Origin: Mobula birostris
Lineage: Eukaryota
Reading direction: 5' to 3'
Assembly (NCBI RefSeq): GCF_030028105.1
Contig: NC_092377.1
Coordinates: 14,318,782 to 14,382,781 of the forward strand
DNA: 64,000 nucleotides
Part shown: positions 1 through 11,099 of the stretch, one piece after another
Position numbering within the stretch: the first letter of the stretch is position 1
Layout: each line of letters starts with the position of its first letter
Translations under genes and position numbers: made by a program
Notes under the pieces: generated by a model
Databases searched by the model: none
Told to the model about the DNA's origin: nothing
What the model saw: only the letters and a program-made list of their open reading frames with translations

Positions 1-1689
1 TGGTGCAAGTGCACTAGGGTTTTGGATATCAAATAGGAACGTCCACAGTTTCCTGCTTTTTAAATTAGCCAAACTCGATACTGTAATGCAAGACTTGAGA
101 GCTCTGGAAGCTTGGGGTCAGAGCAGGGGAGCATGGCAGAAAGCTTCTTCATCCCCAGAAAACTTAATCTGACAAAGGGACTGAACAGCTTTGACATAGT
201 ATTTCAACTGTGCATGAGGGAGATTATGGAGAAAGGTAAAGATTGGCTTTATTTATCACATGTGCGTTGAAGCATAAAGCGAAATGCATCATTTGCGTCA
301 AATCAAGTCAGCGAGGATTGCGTTGGGCAGCCCACAAGTGCCACCATGTTTCCAGTGCCAACTTAGCATGCCCACAGCTCACTGACCCTAACCCGCGCGT
401 CTTGGAATGTGGGAGGAAACCAGAGCAGTCACAGGGAGAACGTACAAACAACTTGCTGACTGTGGCAGGAAATGAACCGTGATCGGCATTAGTGTTATGG
501 AAGCCACTATGCTACCTTGCTGTAAACTCTATCCGGGCCGTTCGATTATGCATCATTAAACCCAAGTGTTTCCATTGTGGAAAGCTGGTTACTGGAGCCT
601 AAACCCCCATTGTGCAGGTCTGGGGAGAAAGTGATATCGCAGGAGAAAACCTAGTGTCATATGTTGTACCTTATCCCGCTGAATTCAAAGATTCGTGGTT
701 GGAGACCTACAGATTAAATGCTCACTTTGACTGCAGACACTCGATCTCGCAGAGAAATATAGAACATAGAACAATACAGCTTGGGAACAGGCGCTTCAGC
801 CCACAGTGACTAAGTAATTAGTAGTCAAATTCTGGAATCAGCTAATCCCTTCGTTCTACGCAAATCTCAGAAGGGAGGGGTTAGATTGACCTTAGAGTAG
901 GTTAAAAGGTCGGCACCACATCGTGGGCCAAAGGACCTGCGCTGTGCTGTAGTGTTCTATGTTCTGTGTTTATATACTGAGATGACTGGACCCAGAACTA
1001 TTGGGGTGAGGTCACTGAGCTCACGTTACTGACAGGGTTACTAAACCCAAGCTGCTAAAGGTGTTTGCAATCTGAAACTCTCTGCCCGAGGGGGTGTGGC
1101 GCTTTGCAAACATTTATGAAGCTGAAAACCCGTGGGACAGATGAGGGTAGATGCGTACTTGGTGGCTTCACACTACCCTCTCTACGACTCTAAGACTCTT
1201 AATTGGCTATACATGTTTTAGCCATTTCAGAAATGCATCTCTTAGATAATACTCTTAGTTGATTATAAAACTTCAACAAGGCACAAAATTCAGTAACTTG
1301 CTGCTGTAAGTGAAGTTTGTTTATTTTGGGAAAGATATCTGTCTCAGGTAGGTTCCTTCTGCTAATGTTGCTTTAGAGGTCTGCCAATGAAACAGGGCCT
1401 CAGGGAATACTTACAAAATCACATATCAAGGGGCCATTTCATTCTTTGTGTACCTTGTTTCGCATTCATAGATAGACCCACACTTGGGTTATGCTGCAGG
1501 GCCACCTGCTCTCAACTCTTCCTTAGATTTATTTTGATGTTTAACAGTATCTGCAGGCCACAGCACAAGGACCTTCTAAACGGGAGAGAGTGAGGTGCCA
1601 GCAGCTTTCGCAGCTGAAGGCAGCAATGACAGGTGGCTGTGGGTCAACTATTTTCAGCACAGTTTAAAAACTTGCCACCTTGGAACCTG

Positions 1690-2455
1690 CCAACAGTGAT
1701 GGAAAGATAGAGAAGGTCAGTAGCTTTAAACTCTTTTCCACTAACATGTCAGAAGATCTGTCCTGGGACCAGCACGTAAGGTCATCTCAAAGAAGGCACA
1801 ACAGTGCCTCTGCTTTCTTAGAAGTTTCCGTAGATCCTGCATGTCACCAAAAACTTTGACGGACTTTGAAAGAAACACAGTGGAGAGCATTCTAATTGGG
1901 TGCATCATGACCTGATACGGAAATATCAATGCCCAGGAAATGGAAAGGCAACAGAAATTGGTGGATGCAGCTCAGTCCATCACAGGGAAAGCACTCCCCA
2001 CTATGGAGTGCTGCCACAAGAAAGCAGCGTCCATTGTCAAAGACTCCCACCATCCAGACTGTCTTTCTTCTTGCTGCTACCAACGAGCAGGAGGTCCAGA
2101 AGCCACCGACTGGGTTCTGGAACAGTTATTATTCCTCAACCATCAGGCTCCCGATCCGGTGTGGATAGCTTCATTCACCAATGCTCCGAACTGATTCTGC
2201 AACCTACAGACTCACTTCCAAGGACCCTTTACAACACATGTTTTCAGTGTAACTTTTTTTCCTATTTGCACAGTTTGTCTAATTTTGCATGTTGGTTGTC
2301 TGTCTGTCTTAGTCGGTTTATGTATCATTTTTTTGTAAATTCTGTTGTGTTTCTTTTTTTCCTGTAAATGCCAGCAAAACAATGTATTTCAGGCTAATAT
2401 ATGGTTACATACACATACGTACTTCGATAACTATTAAATTTAGTTTGAATTTTGA
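1690..2455 (+). mobile_element. Rex1/Babar-like LINE, degenerate 3' part
   Basis: Broken frames such as KKAQQCLCFLR, VESILIGCI and KKAASIVKDSHHP, followed by a T-rich 3' UTR ending in a tttgaa-like tail. The same family recurs throughout the window. Confidence 0.7.
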
Positions 2456-3079
2456 AAATGGCCTTCTGTTGAAAGATGTTTTTTTTATATAACATAGCAA
2501 CTGTTACTAAATCACATAAAAATTACTAGGACCTGATCAAAGAAGGTAGGCTTGAAGGGGAGAAAGCATGGAGGATGGGGGAGAAATTCTAGACACTGAC
2601 ACAAGAGTGGGGGTGCTGGTGGAGTGATTATAAGCGGCCATTGGCTTCATTTGGTCTCACTCATACACTGTTGCATTGTGGGGCATAATACAATAAACTT
2701 CCTTTCACGACACAACCCTGTGACCCCTGGGAGAGGTATGTGGGAGAACCTCCAGGCCAAAAGACGTTGGCACCTTCCTTTCCATCATTTCACATACTCC
2801 AACCCTGGTAATTATATAATATCCATTCAAGGATGTGGGCTTTGCATAACTCGTCCATAGGATCACCTAGGCCTTGATACTTCCTGGCACCGTCTCGTGA
2901 AAAATACAAACTGGCTCAGGCCATGACCCTCAGAGTGAGGTCTTGGGGAACAGTTACAAAGTTTAGATTTTCTGAGGTGCCCTGTCTAGAACCGGCATCT
3001 TAGTCGACATGACAGGGTGAGTCAGAGGTCAGAGGGCATGTCACTCAGCAGGGTGGGATCAATGGTCAGAAGACAGGTC

Positions 3080-3450
3080 AGGAATCTGAATCGGCTTATT
3101 ATAACGTGACATAGGTCGTGAAATTTGTTTTGTTTTTGTTGTAGCAGTACAGTGCAAGACGTTAACAAAATGCAATAATGAAATAAATAAATAGTAAGAT
3201 AGAGTTCATGAGTTCATGTTCAGAAATCTGATGGAAGAGGGGAAGAAGCTGTCCCTGATGATGGATGTGGCTTTCTTGCGACAACGCTCTGTGTAGATGT
3301 GCTGAATGGTGGGGAGGGCTTTATCCGTGATGGACTGGGCCGTATCCAGCACTTTTTGTGGGGATTTTCTGTTCAAGGGGATTGTTGTTTCCATAGTAGG
3401 CTGTGATTCAGCCAGTCGATATACTCTCCACCACACATCTATAAAGATGT
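3080..3450 (-). mobile_element. Rex1/Babar-like LINE 3' fragment
   Basis: ORF 3206-3436 reads QKVLDTAQSITDKALPTIQHIYTERCRKKATSIIRD...IRFLN; attcagattc-type tail near 3082. Confidence 0.7.
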
Positions 3451-3699
3451 GTTAAAGTTGTCCCTCGTGTATAGGTAGGAGAGGGAGAATTGATGGTGTG
3501 TGCTGTTGATTGGAATATAGGTTTACGGTAAGGTTTGGTGATTGGTTGTTGGTGGTCATTTGGTGAAAGAGCCAATAAAGGGCCCAATATCTAATGGTGA
3601 GAGCAGTTTGACCATTGTCCACTCTTCCATCCAGTTCAGGAACACGGTCAGTCAATGGCTCACATGGTCACCTGCCGTCTTGTTGCTTCACTGTTTCAG

Positions 3700-3862
3700 G
3701 GAGAGCAAGCTCACCATGCTGCTGCGAGAGTCCCTCGGCAATCTGAACTGCCGGACCACCATGATCGCCCACATCTCGTCCTCCTCCAGCCACTACTCCG
3801 AGACCCTGTCCACCATCCAGATCGCCTCCAGAGTGCTCCGAATGAAGAAGAAGAAGACAAAG
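3700..3862 (+). CDS. KIF26B: KIF26B exon encoding the end of the kinesin motor domain
   Basis: Acceptor tttcag|G and donor AAG|gttggt. Translates [54 protein letters not shown], closer to recalled KIF26B ([26 protein letters not shown]...[14 protein letters not shown]) than to KIF26A. Confidence 0.93.
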
Positions 3863-4199
3863 GTTGGTAGGGTTCACCAGATGCCGGGAGGATGGGTTCT
3901 TTTGTTAAAGGGAGTGGGAGATCAATAGGGAGAACGTGCAAACTCCACGCAGTCAGTGGGGAAGACCTGGATCAAACCCTGGTCTCTGTGAGGCAGCAAC
4001 TCCGCCAGCTGTGGCCCCACGCTGCCCACAGGAGCGGTCCGTTGAAAATGAACCATTTTAATGACCCAGAAATTTCTTCACATAACTCCATAAGAAACAG
4101 CAGCATCTGGTTAAATGGGGCTTAGCCCAGGCCAGTCTGTCGCTGCAAATATTACGAGTGTCAGCCTGCGTTAGGAAGTTTGAATCCAGTCTTTTCTTC

Positions 4200-5800
4200 T
4201 TCCAGGAAAGTTGGAGTTTAATCTGGCCAAGTGTGAGGTGTTGCACTTTGAAAGATCAAATGTAAAGGGAGAGTACACAGTTAATAGTTCAGTAGTTCGA
4301 TTTAATGTCAGGGAACTGTATGCAAAATGCATGCTGAAATTCTTGTTCTTCGCAGCCATCCACGAAAACAGAAGAGTGCCCCAAAGAATGAGTGACAGTA
4401 AAAATGTTAGAACCCCAAGCTCCCCTCCTCTCTCTCCCTCCCACACACAAGCAGCAGAAAAGCAATGACTCTCCACTGCCCCCACCCACTTCCACAAAAA
4501 GCAATAGCACCCTCCACTTATCAAACAAGCAATAGCAAAGACCCCGATAAAGACCATGATCTGCAGTACCAAAAAAAACTANNNNNNNNNNNNNNNNNNN
4601 NNNNNNNNNNNNNNNNNNNNNNNNNNNNNNNNNNNNNNNNNNNNNNNNNNNNNNNNNNNNNNNNNNNNNNNNNNNNNNNNNNNNNNNNNNNNNNNNNNNN
4701 NNNNNNNNNNNNNNNNNNNNNNNNNNNNNNNNNNNNNNNNNNNNNNNNNNNNNNNNNNNNNNNNNNNNNNNNNNNNNNNNNNNNNNNNNNNNNNNNNNNN
4801 NNNNNNNNNNNNNNNNNNNNNNNNNNNNNNNNNNNNNNNGTCACTACGCTTTTTTTTTCCCAATTTCTCCACCCGGAGAATTGGGAGCAACCTCTGCCCA
4901 ACCGAGAAGAGAGAGAGAACACGATTCGCAGAGTACAGAGGCTCTGGCAGCTGTTCCCGATATTCCATTTTCTCCCGCGACACTTCAGTCAGAATCAGCC
5001 CGTCCCCAGGGCCACAAAACCTTGGAACCCCGAAAGTGCGCTTATCTTCTTGGCTGCATCCTTGGGACATCAAGAAGCCCCTAGGAGTGGGTCTCACTAC
5101 TGTAGAGAACCAGTCTGAGTGTAACTCCTGGTCAGAGTCTTCAACAGAACCCCATCCACCTGGAAAGGGAAAAAGGAGAGACATCAAAGGTAGAAATTAA
5201 GCTGCTTTCGTGATGGACACAAAAGTGTTGCCATTGAGCGTCATCGTAATGCTATGACCTTTAACCGTGCTGATGTACAGAGGGATCCTCGGGTCCAAGT
5301 CCATAGTTCCCTGAAAGTGGTTCCGTGGTGAAGAAGGCAGATGACATACTTGCCTTTGTTAGTCAACGCATTGAGTTCAGGAGTCAGGGAGTCACGTTGC
5401 AGCTTTAGTTGGGCTGCATCTGGAGTACTGCATACAGCTCTGGCAGCCCCATTATTGAAAGCACCTGGAGACTATGGAGAAGGTGCAGGATGCTGCCTGA
5501 TTACAGGGCAAGTCCTACAAAGAGAGGTTGAACAAACTTGGGTTGCTTTCCCTGGAGTGGCGGATGCTCCAGGGAAACCTGATAGAAATTTACAGGATTA
5601 TGCAAGCTATAGATAGATAGATAGGTAATTTATCCCCAGGGTTGAAATGTCTAATACTGCAGGGTATGCATCTAACGTGAGACGGGGTAAATTCAGCTGA
5701 AATGTACTGGACAATATGAGTCAAACGTTGCCAGATAGGACGAGCTCAAAGGGAAATCTTGGTCAGTATGGACCAATAGGCTGAAGAGTCTATTTCAGTG
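4200..5800 (+). mobile_element. CR1 LINE 3' fragment interrupted (~4290-5250) by another repeat and the assembly gap
   Basis: EFNLAKCEVLHF at 4214; CR1 sequence resumes near 5255 (gatgtacagagggatcctcgggtccaagtccatagttccctgaaagtgg). Confidence 0.65.
4582..4839. other. Assembly gap (258 N)
   Basis: Run of N. Confidence 1.
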
Positions 5801-5949
5801 CTGCAGTGCTCTGTATGAGTTTCAACTAGTCTTTCAGGGGTCTGGGAACTGGAGCCCCAGCTCAGTAAGGGAAGGATCGGACCAGAAGGTAGATGTCAGG
5901 AAAAGTATTAAAAGACAAAATCAAAATAACAGGTAGGATGGGTTGGATA

Positions 5950-8870
5950 GTTTGAAGTGGGTATATTTTAATGCTATGAGTAGTTTGGGTAAGGGTGATG
6001 AACTTGGAGAATGGATCATACATGGAACTCTGATGTTGTAGCCACTACTGAAACTTGATTGAGAGAGGGGCAGGAATTAATGTACCAGGTTTTCAAAGTT
6101 TTAGAAAAGATAGAGGAGGAGGTAAAAGAGGCGAGGGAGTGGAGTTGCGTTACTAATCAGGGACAACATCACGGCTGCACTCAGAGGAGACATATGGGGG
6201 GGGGTCAGACACTGAATCCATTTGGGTGGAGGGGTGCAATCACACTGATGGGATTGTACTACAGACACCCCCCCCCAGTAGTCACCAGGACATTGGGGAA
6301 CAGATATGCAAGCAGATTAAGGAAATGTGTAAAAATAATAGGGTTGTTGTCATGGGGAATTTCAACTTCCCAAGTATAAACTGGGACCTTGTTAGTGCAG
6401 GAGGTTTCGATGGGGCAGAATTTGTTAAGTGTGTCCAGGAAGATTTCTTAAGATAATATGTGGACAGTCCAATGAGAGGAGGGGCCGTACTGGACTTGGT
6501 GTTGGGTAATGAGCCTGGCCAGGAGATTGATCTTTCAGAGGGTGAACGGTTAGGGAACAGTGACCACAACTCCTTAACTTTTGGGATAACTAAGGATAGG
6601 TCTAGTCCTTGTGGTAGAGTTTTAAATTGGAGTAGGGCAAATTATGAAAGCATTAGGCAGGAACTAAGAAGCCTTAATTGGAAACACCTTTTCTCTGGCA
6701 AGCTCGTATCGGACACGTAAAGAATGTTGAAAGATCAATTGCTCAGAGCACAGGAAAGGCAGGAGGAAGGACGGGATGAAAAGACGAGAACCTTGAATGT
6801 CGAGAGGTGATGAATTTAGTCAAGAAGAAAAAGGAAAAGTATGTAAAGCTTCGGAAATTAGGATCAAATGAAGCAAATGAGGAGTATAATGAAACCAGAA
6901 AAGAACTAAACAAGGGAATTAGGAAAGCCATGTGGGGCCATGAAAAGTTCTTGGCAAGTAGGATTAATATGAATCCCAAGGCATTCTATACATACATCAG
7001 GAGTAAAAGCATAAGTAGAATTAGAGTGGGACCACTCAAGGATAAAGGGGGCAACATTTGTTTGGATGTGGAGAATGTGAGTGAGGTACTTAATGAGTAC
7101 CAGTATTTATTAGTGCTGAGTGCATCAATATGTTAGGGCATTTAGAGGTGAAGGAGGAGGAAGTGTTGGGTCTTCTAGTGAGTATTAAGGCGGACAAGTC
7201 CCCAGAGCCTGATGGATTTACCCCAGGTTATTGAATGAGGGAAGAGACGAGTTCGCTGGGCCCTTGACCAGAACCTTTGTGTCCTCTCTAGACACAAGCG
7301 AGGTACTGGAGAATATTAGCGAGTGGCTAATATTGTACCTCTCGTTATGGTGAGTCTCACATCAGCTTTAGGGAAATTGCTGGAGAAGATTCTTAGGGAT
7401 AGATATGTGAGCATTTGGAAGCCCATGGCCTAATTAGGGAGAGCCAGCATGGCTTTGTGCGTGGCAGATCATGCCTTACCAACTTGATTGAATTTTTTGA
7501 AAAGGTGACGAGAGATTTACGAGGGTAGATTAGTATATGTTATCTATATGAATTTTAGTAAGGCCTTTGACAAAGTCCCTATGGAAGGCTAATCCAGAAG
7601 ATTAAGATGCATGGGGTCCATGGTGAATTGACTGGATTCAGAACTGGCTTGCATGTAGAAGACGAGGGTAGTGGTTAAAGGGACTTACTCGAGCTGAGGT
7701 CTGTAATTAGTGGTGTTTCACTGGGACCTGTGCTGGAACTTCTGTTGCTTGTGATGTATATAAATGATCTGGATGAAAATGTAGATGGGTGGGTTAGTAA
7801 GTTTGTAAATGATACCAAAATTGTGGGGTTGTGGGTAGTGTAGAACAGTGGTCCCCAACCTCCGGGCCACGGACCAAAACCGGGCCATGAAGCATGCAGG
7901 TGTGCAGCGGTAGCCGGGACGCACCCAGCACATCTTTAAGAAAAATGACGAAATAAACAAGCTAATTAATTAGGTGCCACCCAGAGGCAGAATGAGGCCC
8001 AGATCAGAGGCGATTGCTGAAATCTGGGCCGACATTTACGTGCCGGGCGACACCTAATTAATTAGCTTGTTTATTTCGACTTTTTTCTTAAAAATGTGCT
8101 GGGTGCGTCCCAGCTACCACTGCGTGCTTCGCGGCCCGGAGGTTGGGGACCACTGGTGTAGAAGATTGGGAAAGATTACAGCACGATATAGAACAGTTGC
8201 ATATATGGGCTGTGAAATGGCAGATGGATTTTAACCCAGATAAGTGTGAGGTGTTGAACCTTGATAGGGCAAAGGTAAGAGACGGTACACTGTTAACAGC
8301 AAAGTATGTTGAGTTCAAAAGTCAGGAGGTTATGTAGCAACTTTATAAAACTCTGGTTAGGCCACATCTGGAGTATCACGTATGGTTCTGGTCACCCCAC
8401 TATAGGAAGGATATTGAGGCTTTGGAGAGGGTGCAGAAGAGGTTCGCCGGGATGCTGCCTGGTTTAGAGGGCATGTGCTACAACGAGAGGCTGGATAAAC
8501 TTGGGTTGTTCTCTCTGGAGTGTCGGAGGCTGAGGGGAGATCTGATAGAGGTTTACAAGGTTATGAGATGCAGAGATAGAGTGGACAGAGAGTATCCATT
8601 TCCCAGGGTTGAAATGTCTAATACCAGGGAGCTTGCATTGAAGGTGTGGGGGGGGGGGGGGGGGTGAGTTTTTTACTCAGAGTCAGGGATGCCTGGAATG
8701 TGCTGCCTGGTATGGTGGTAGAGGCAAATAAACTTTAGAGGCTTTTAAGAGATGTTTGGATAGGCACAGGAAAACGGTGGGATATGGATATTGTCTAGGG
8801 AGGAAGGATTAGTGTTTGGGTGTTCTTGATTTGCTCTTTAGCTGGTTCCTGTGCTGTACTTTCCTATGTT
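5950..8870 (+). mobile_element. CR1 LINE, degenerate ORF2 (APE endonuclease + RT) with 3' tail
   Basis: VVVMGNFNFPSINW, AVLDLVLGN, LGNSDHNSL, SQHGF-like and FNPDKCEVL motifs, ERVQKRFAGMLPGL; many stops and frameshifts. Confidence 0.9.
7846..8155. mobile_element. hAT-family MITE (310 bp) inserted in the CR1
   Basis: TIRs CAGTGGTCCCCAACCTCCGGGCC...GGCCCGGAGGTTGGGGACCACTG, long internal inverted symmetry, and a perfect 8-bp TSD GTGTAGAA at 7838-7845 and 8156-8163. Confidence 0.92.
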
Positions 8871-9748
8871 AAACGACAGCATTGCTGACTATAATTCTAT
8901 CCAGTCAGAAGCACTTGCTCTCCTGTGTTAGAGATCTGGATGGCCCAGCATCCAATGGAGAGAGGATTGCACAGTAGATGTGCTTCCAAATCTCGTTCCA
9001 GGTGTCCCCGGAGCTGGGGAGGGGGAAGGGTCAGCTGCAAATCTGCGTGGCATTAATCAGGCAGCTGGATTCACACAGGGGCGGGGGGGGCAAGGGTTCA
9101 GTGTGATTAATTGGTGCCTCGCCCTAGGGAGGGGTGGGATGCAGTTCAGACTGAAGGGCAACAGTGTAAATCCTTCTTCCTATAATTACCCTGTACCTAA
9201 AGCAGAAAGGAATCCTGCCCCAGCCGGTAAAACCAGCCAGCATGAAAGAGGCACCGTACCTGGCGATAATAGTCAGCCGTTTAGGAAGAAGACAGGGAGA
9301 TTCAACCCCACCATGGAGGAATGTCCCTCCTTCTGGATTTCTCTGTTCCAGAGACTGAGGATGTATGGACATTGAGCAATGGGGGAATTGGGATAAATAT
9401 GGATACGGCAGGAAAACTTCGGCCATAGTCATGTTGAAAGGAAGCTTATGGTTGTTGGGTAGAATGGCCTGGTCCTCAGTGGCTGGAGCGGGAGTCAGGT
9501 TCCATTCAGCAGGATATTTCAGACCTGCACAGGGTGACCCTGGATACAGTATGTTTGAAGATAAATCACAAAATCCTGCGCCTCTGTACGTTCATTTCTG
9601 GTGACTAGCCTTTCCCACTCCCGATTCGTTGCTGCCACTCCACCGGTCTCCCAGCTCTGGCTCACAGCCTCGTCTCTTGCACTCGAGTCCCAAGGTTGTT
9701 GGCGAAAGATTCACAAGCGCGCAGTCATGAACTGATCCTTGGTTTTGT

Positions 9749-9770
9749 CTGTGTGTGTGTGTGTGTGTGT
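9749..9770. repeat. (TG)n microsatellite
   Basis: About 11 TG units. Confidence 0.9.
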
Positions 9771-10220
9771 ATTATACAGGAACAGATGCTTGCTTGTTGT
9801 ATTCGGCTTCTGAAAGTTCAGTTCCGTTGAGATGAAGCTGTGCCTCATCCTGTGATGAATCGATAAGTCCAGTTGCCCCGATGTTGCAGGACTGGGATGG
9901 AGCGGCTCAGATTTGGCTCCACTGTGAGCAAGTGGTTCGGTGGGCAATTGGAAACCCTTCAACTGCTTCCCTTCAGCCCACCCCAGACCCCACCTTTGGT
10001 GGGTGGTTTGGCCCCCCTTGTCCATGGTCTAAGATGAACTAGAGCTGACTGAACCGGGATCTACAGTTCACTAAGATTGCCAGCAGGGTGAAATGGGGAA
10101 AACCTCATGTGGAGCATTCACTAGTTGGACCGAATGGCCTCCTTCTACACAGTCAGTCAGTGGGTGCCATCCTGAATCCAGGGTTGGCGGCTATGCACCT
10201 CCATCTTCTTCGATCTTGCG

Positions 10221-10398
10221 ACAGCACCGAGTACAGCCTCTCCTCCAGTTTGTTCTTGCTGGCAGCCTTGGCACCGCCCACCACCGCCCCCGCCGAATTC
10301 GAGCCCGAGACCGTGTCGGCCTCCAGCCGCGGCTGCTTCTTCGAGCTCGACCCTTCCTTAGGCAGAGGCCTTGGGCAGGTCCAGGCACACGGTGCAGC
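10221..10398 (-). pseudogene. CYHR1: Circularly permuted fragment of CYHR1/ZFTRAF1 N-terminal coding sequence, inside a 260-bp TSD-flanked insert (10154-10413)
   Basis: Minus strand encodes [11 protein letters not shown], then in another frame PKEGSSSKKQPRLEA...[11 protein letters not shown]. Recalled CYHR1 reads [25 protein letters not shown]. 13-bp direct repeats CCTTCTACACAGT at 10141-10153 and 10414-10426. Confidence 0.85.
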
Positions 10399-10649
10399 GC
10401 CCAAGCTCATCAACCTTCTACACAGTACTTTACAGCAAATCTGTTATGTTCTCGCCTAAGGTTATCGACATCTAGGACAATTAGCAAATCAGTTTGCAAA
10501 AGTAACTAATAGGCTTCCTTCATTTTAGCAGCTTCTAAATGCTTTTTAATGCACACGTGCAATAAATCAAAGACTTCTGAGCTGCTTTATATAGCAGACA
10601 TTTATCTTCCCATGCCACACAAACCACAAGTTATTTTTAAACATAGCGA

Positions 10650-10980
10650 TACTGCAGGTACCAGAAATCCAGAGTGACACACACAAAATGCTGGAGGTAC
10701 TGAGTAGTTCTGCTGGTATTTATGGAGGGGAATAAACAGTTGACGACTCAGGACGAGACTCTTCATCAGGAACACTTCAAGTTATTTTTGTCTCCTCTAA
10801 TCAGGAGTGGGTTAGATTGTACAGTTACTGAGGGAATGCGGTTCCATCTGTCACGTCACCTCGTCCATCTGCCAGTAAACCACCTCATTCGGCTCCATCG
10901 CTCTTCCTCACCCCTTTATGTTGGATACCTATCCTCTATCTTTCAGCTCAGATGAAGGGTCTACACCCAAAACGTCACAG
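10650..10980. mobile_element. Penelope-derived repeat, two inverted pieces with degenerate hammerhead motifs
   Basis: acacaaaatgctggagg...cttcatcagga (minus-strand motif) and cagatgaagggtctacacccaaaacgtc (plus-strand motif). Confidence 0.6.
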
Positions 10981-11099
10981 AGTACTACAGCACAGAAACA
11001 GGCCCTTCGGCCCATCTAGTCTGTGTTAAACTGTTATTCTTTCTAGTCCCGTCGACCTGCACCTGGACCATAGGCGTCCATATCCCTCCCAACAATGTA

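Noticed and set aside
1-3699. Upstream KIF26B motor exon (LHLIDLGSC-type motif)
   Set aside because: Not found by eye or in the ORF track; presumably lies upstream of the window.
4465-5200. Long ORFs spanning the N run
   Set aside because: Artefacts of translating the assembly gap.
10088-10509. ORFs over the CYHR1 fragment as a functional nested gene
   Set aside because: Only 178 bp of homology, permuted and split across frames; no further CYHR1 exons seen.
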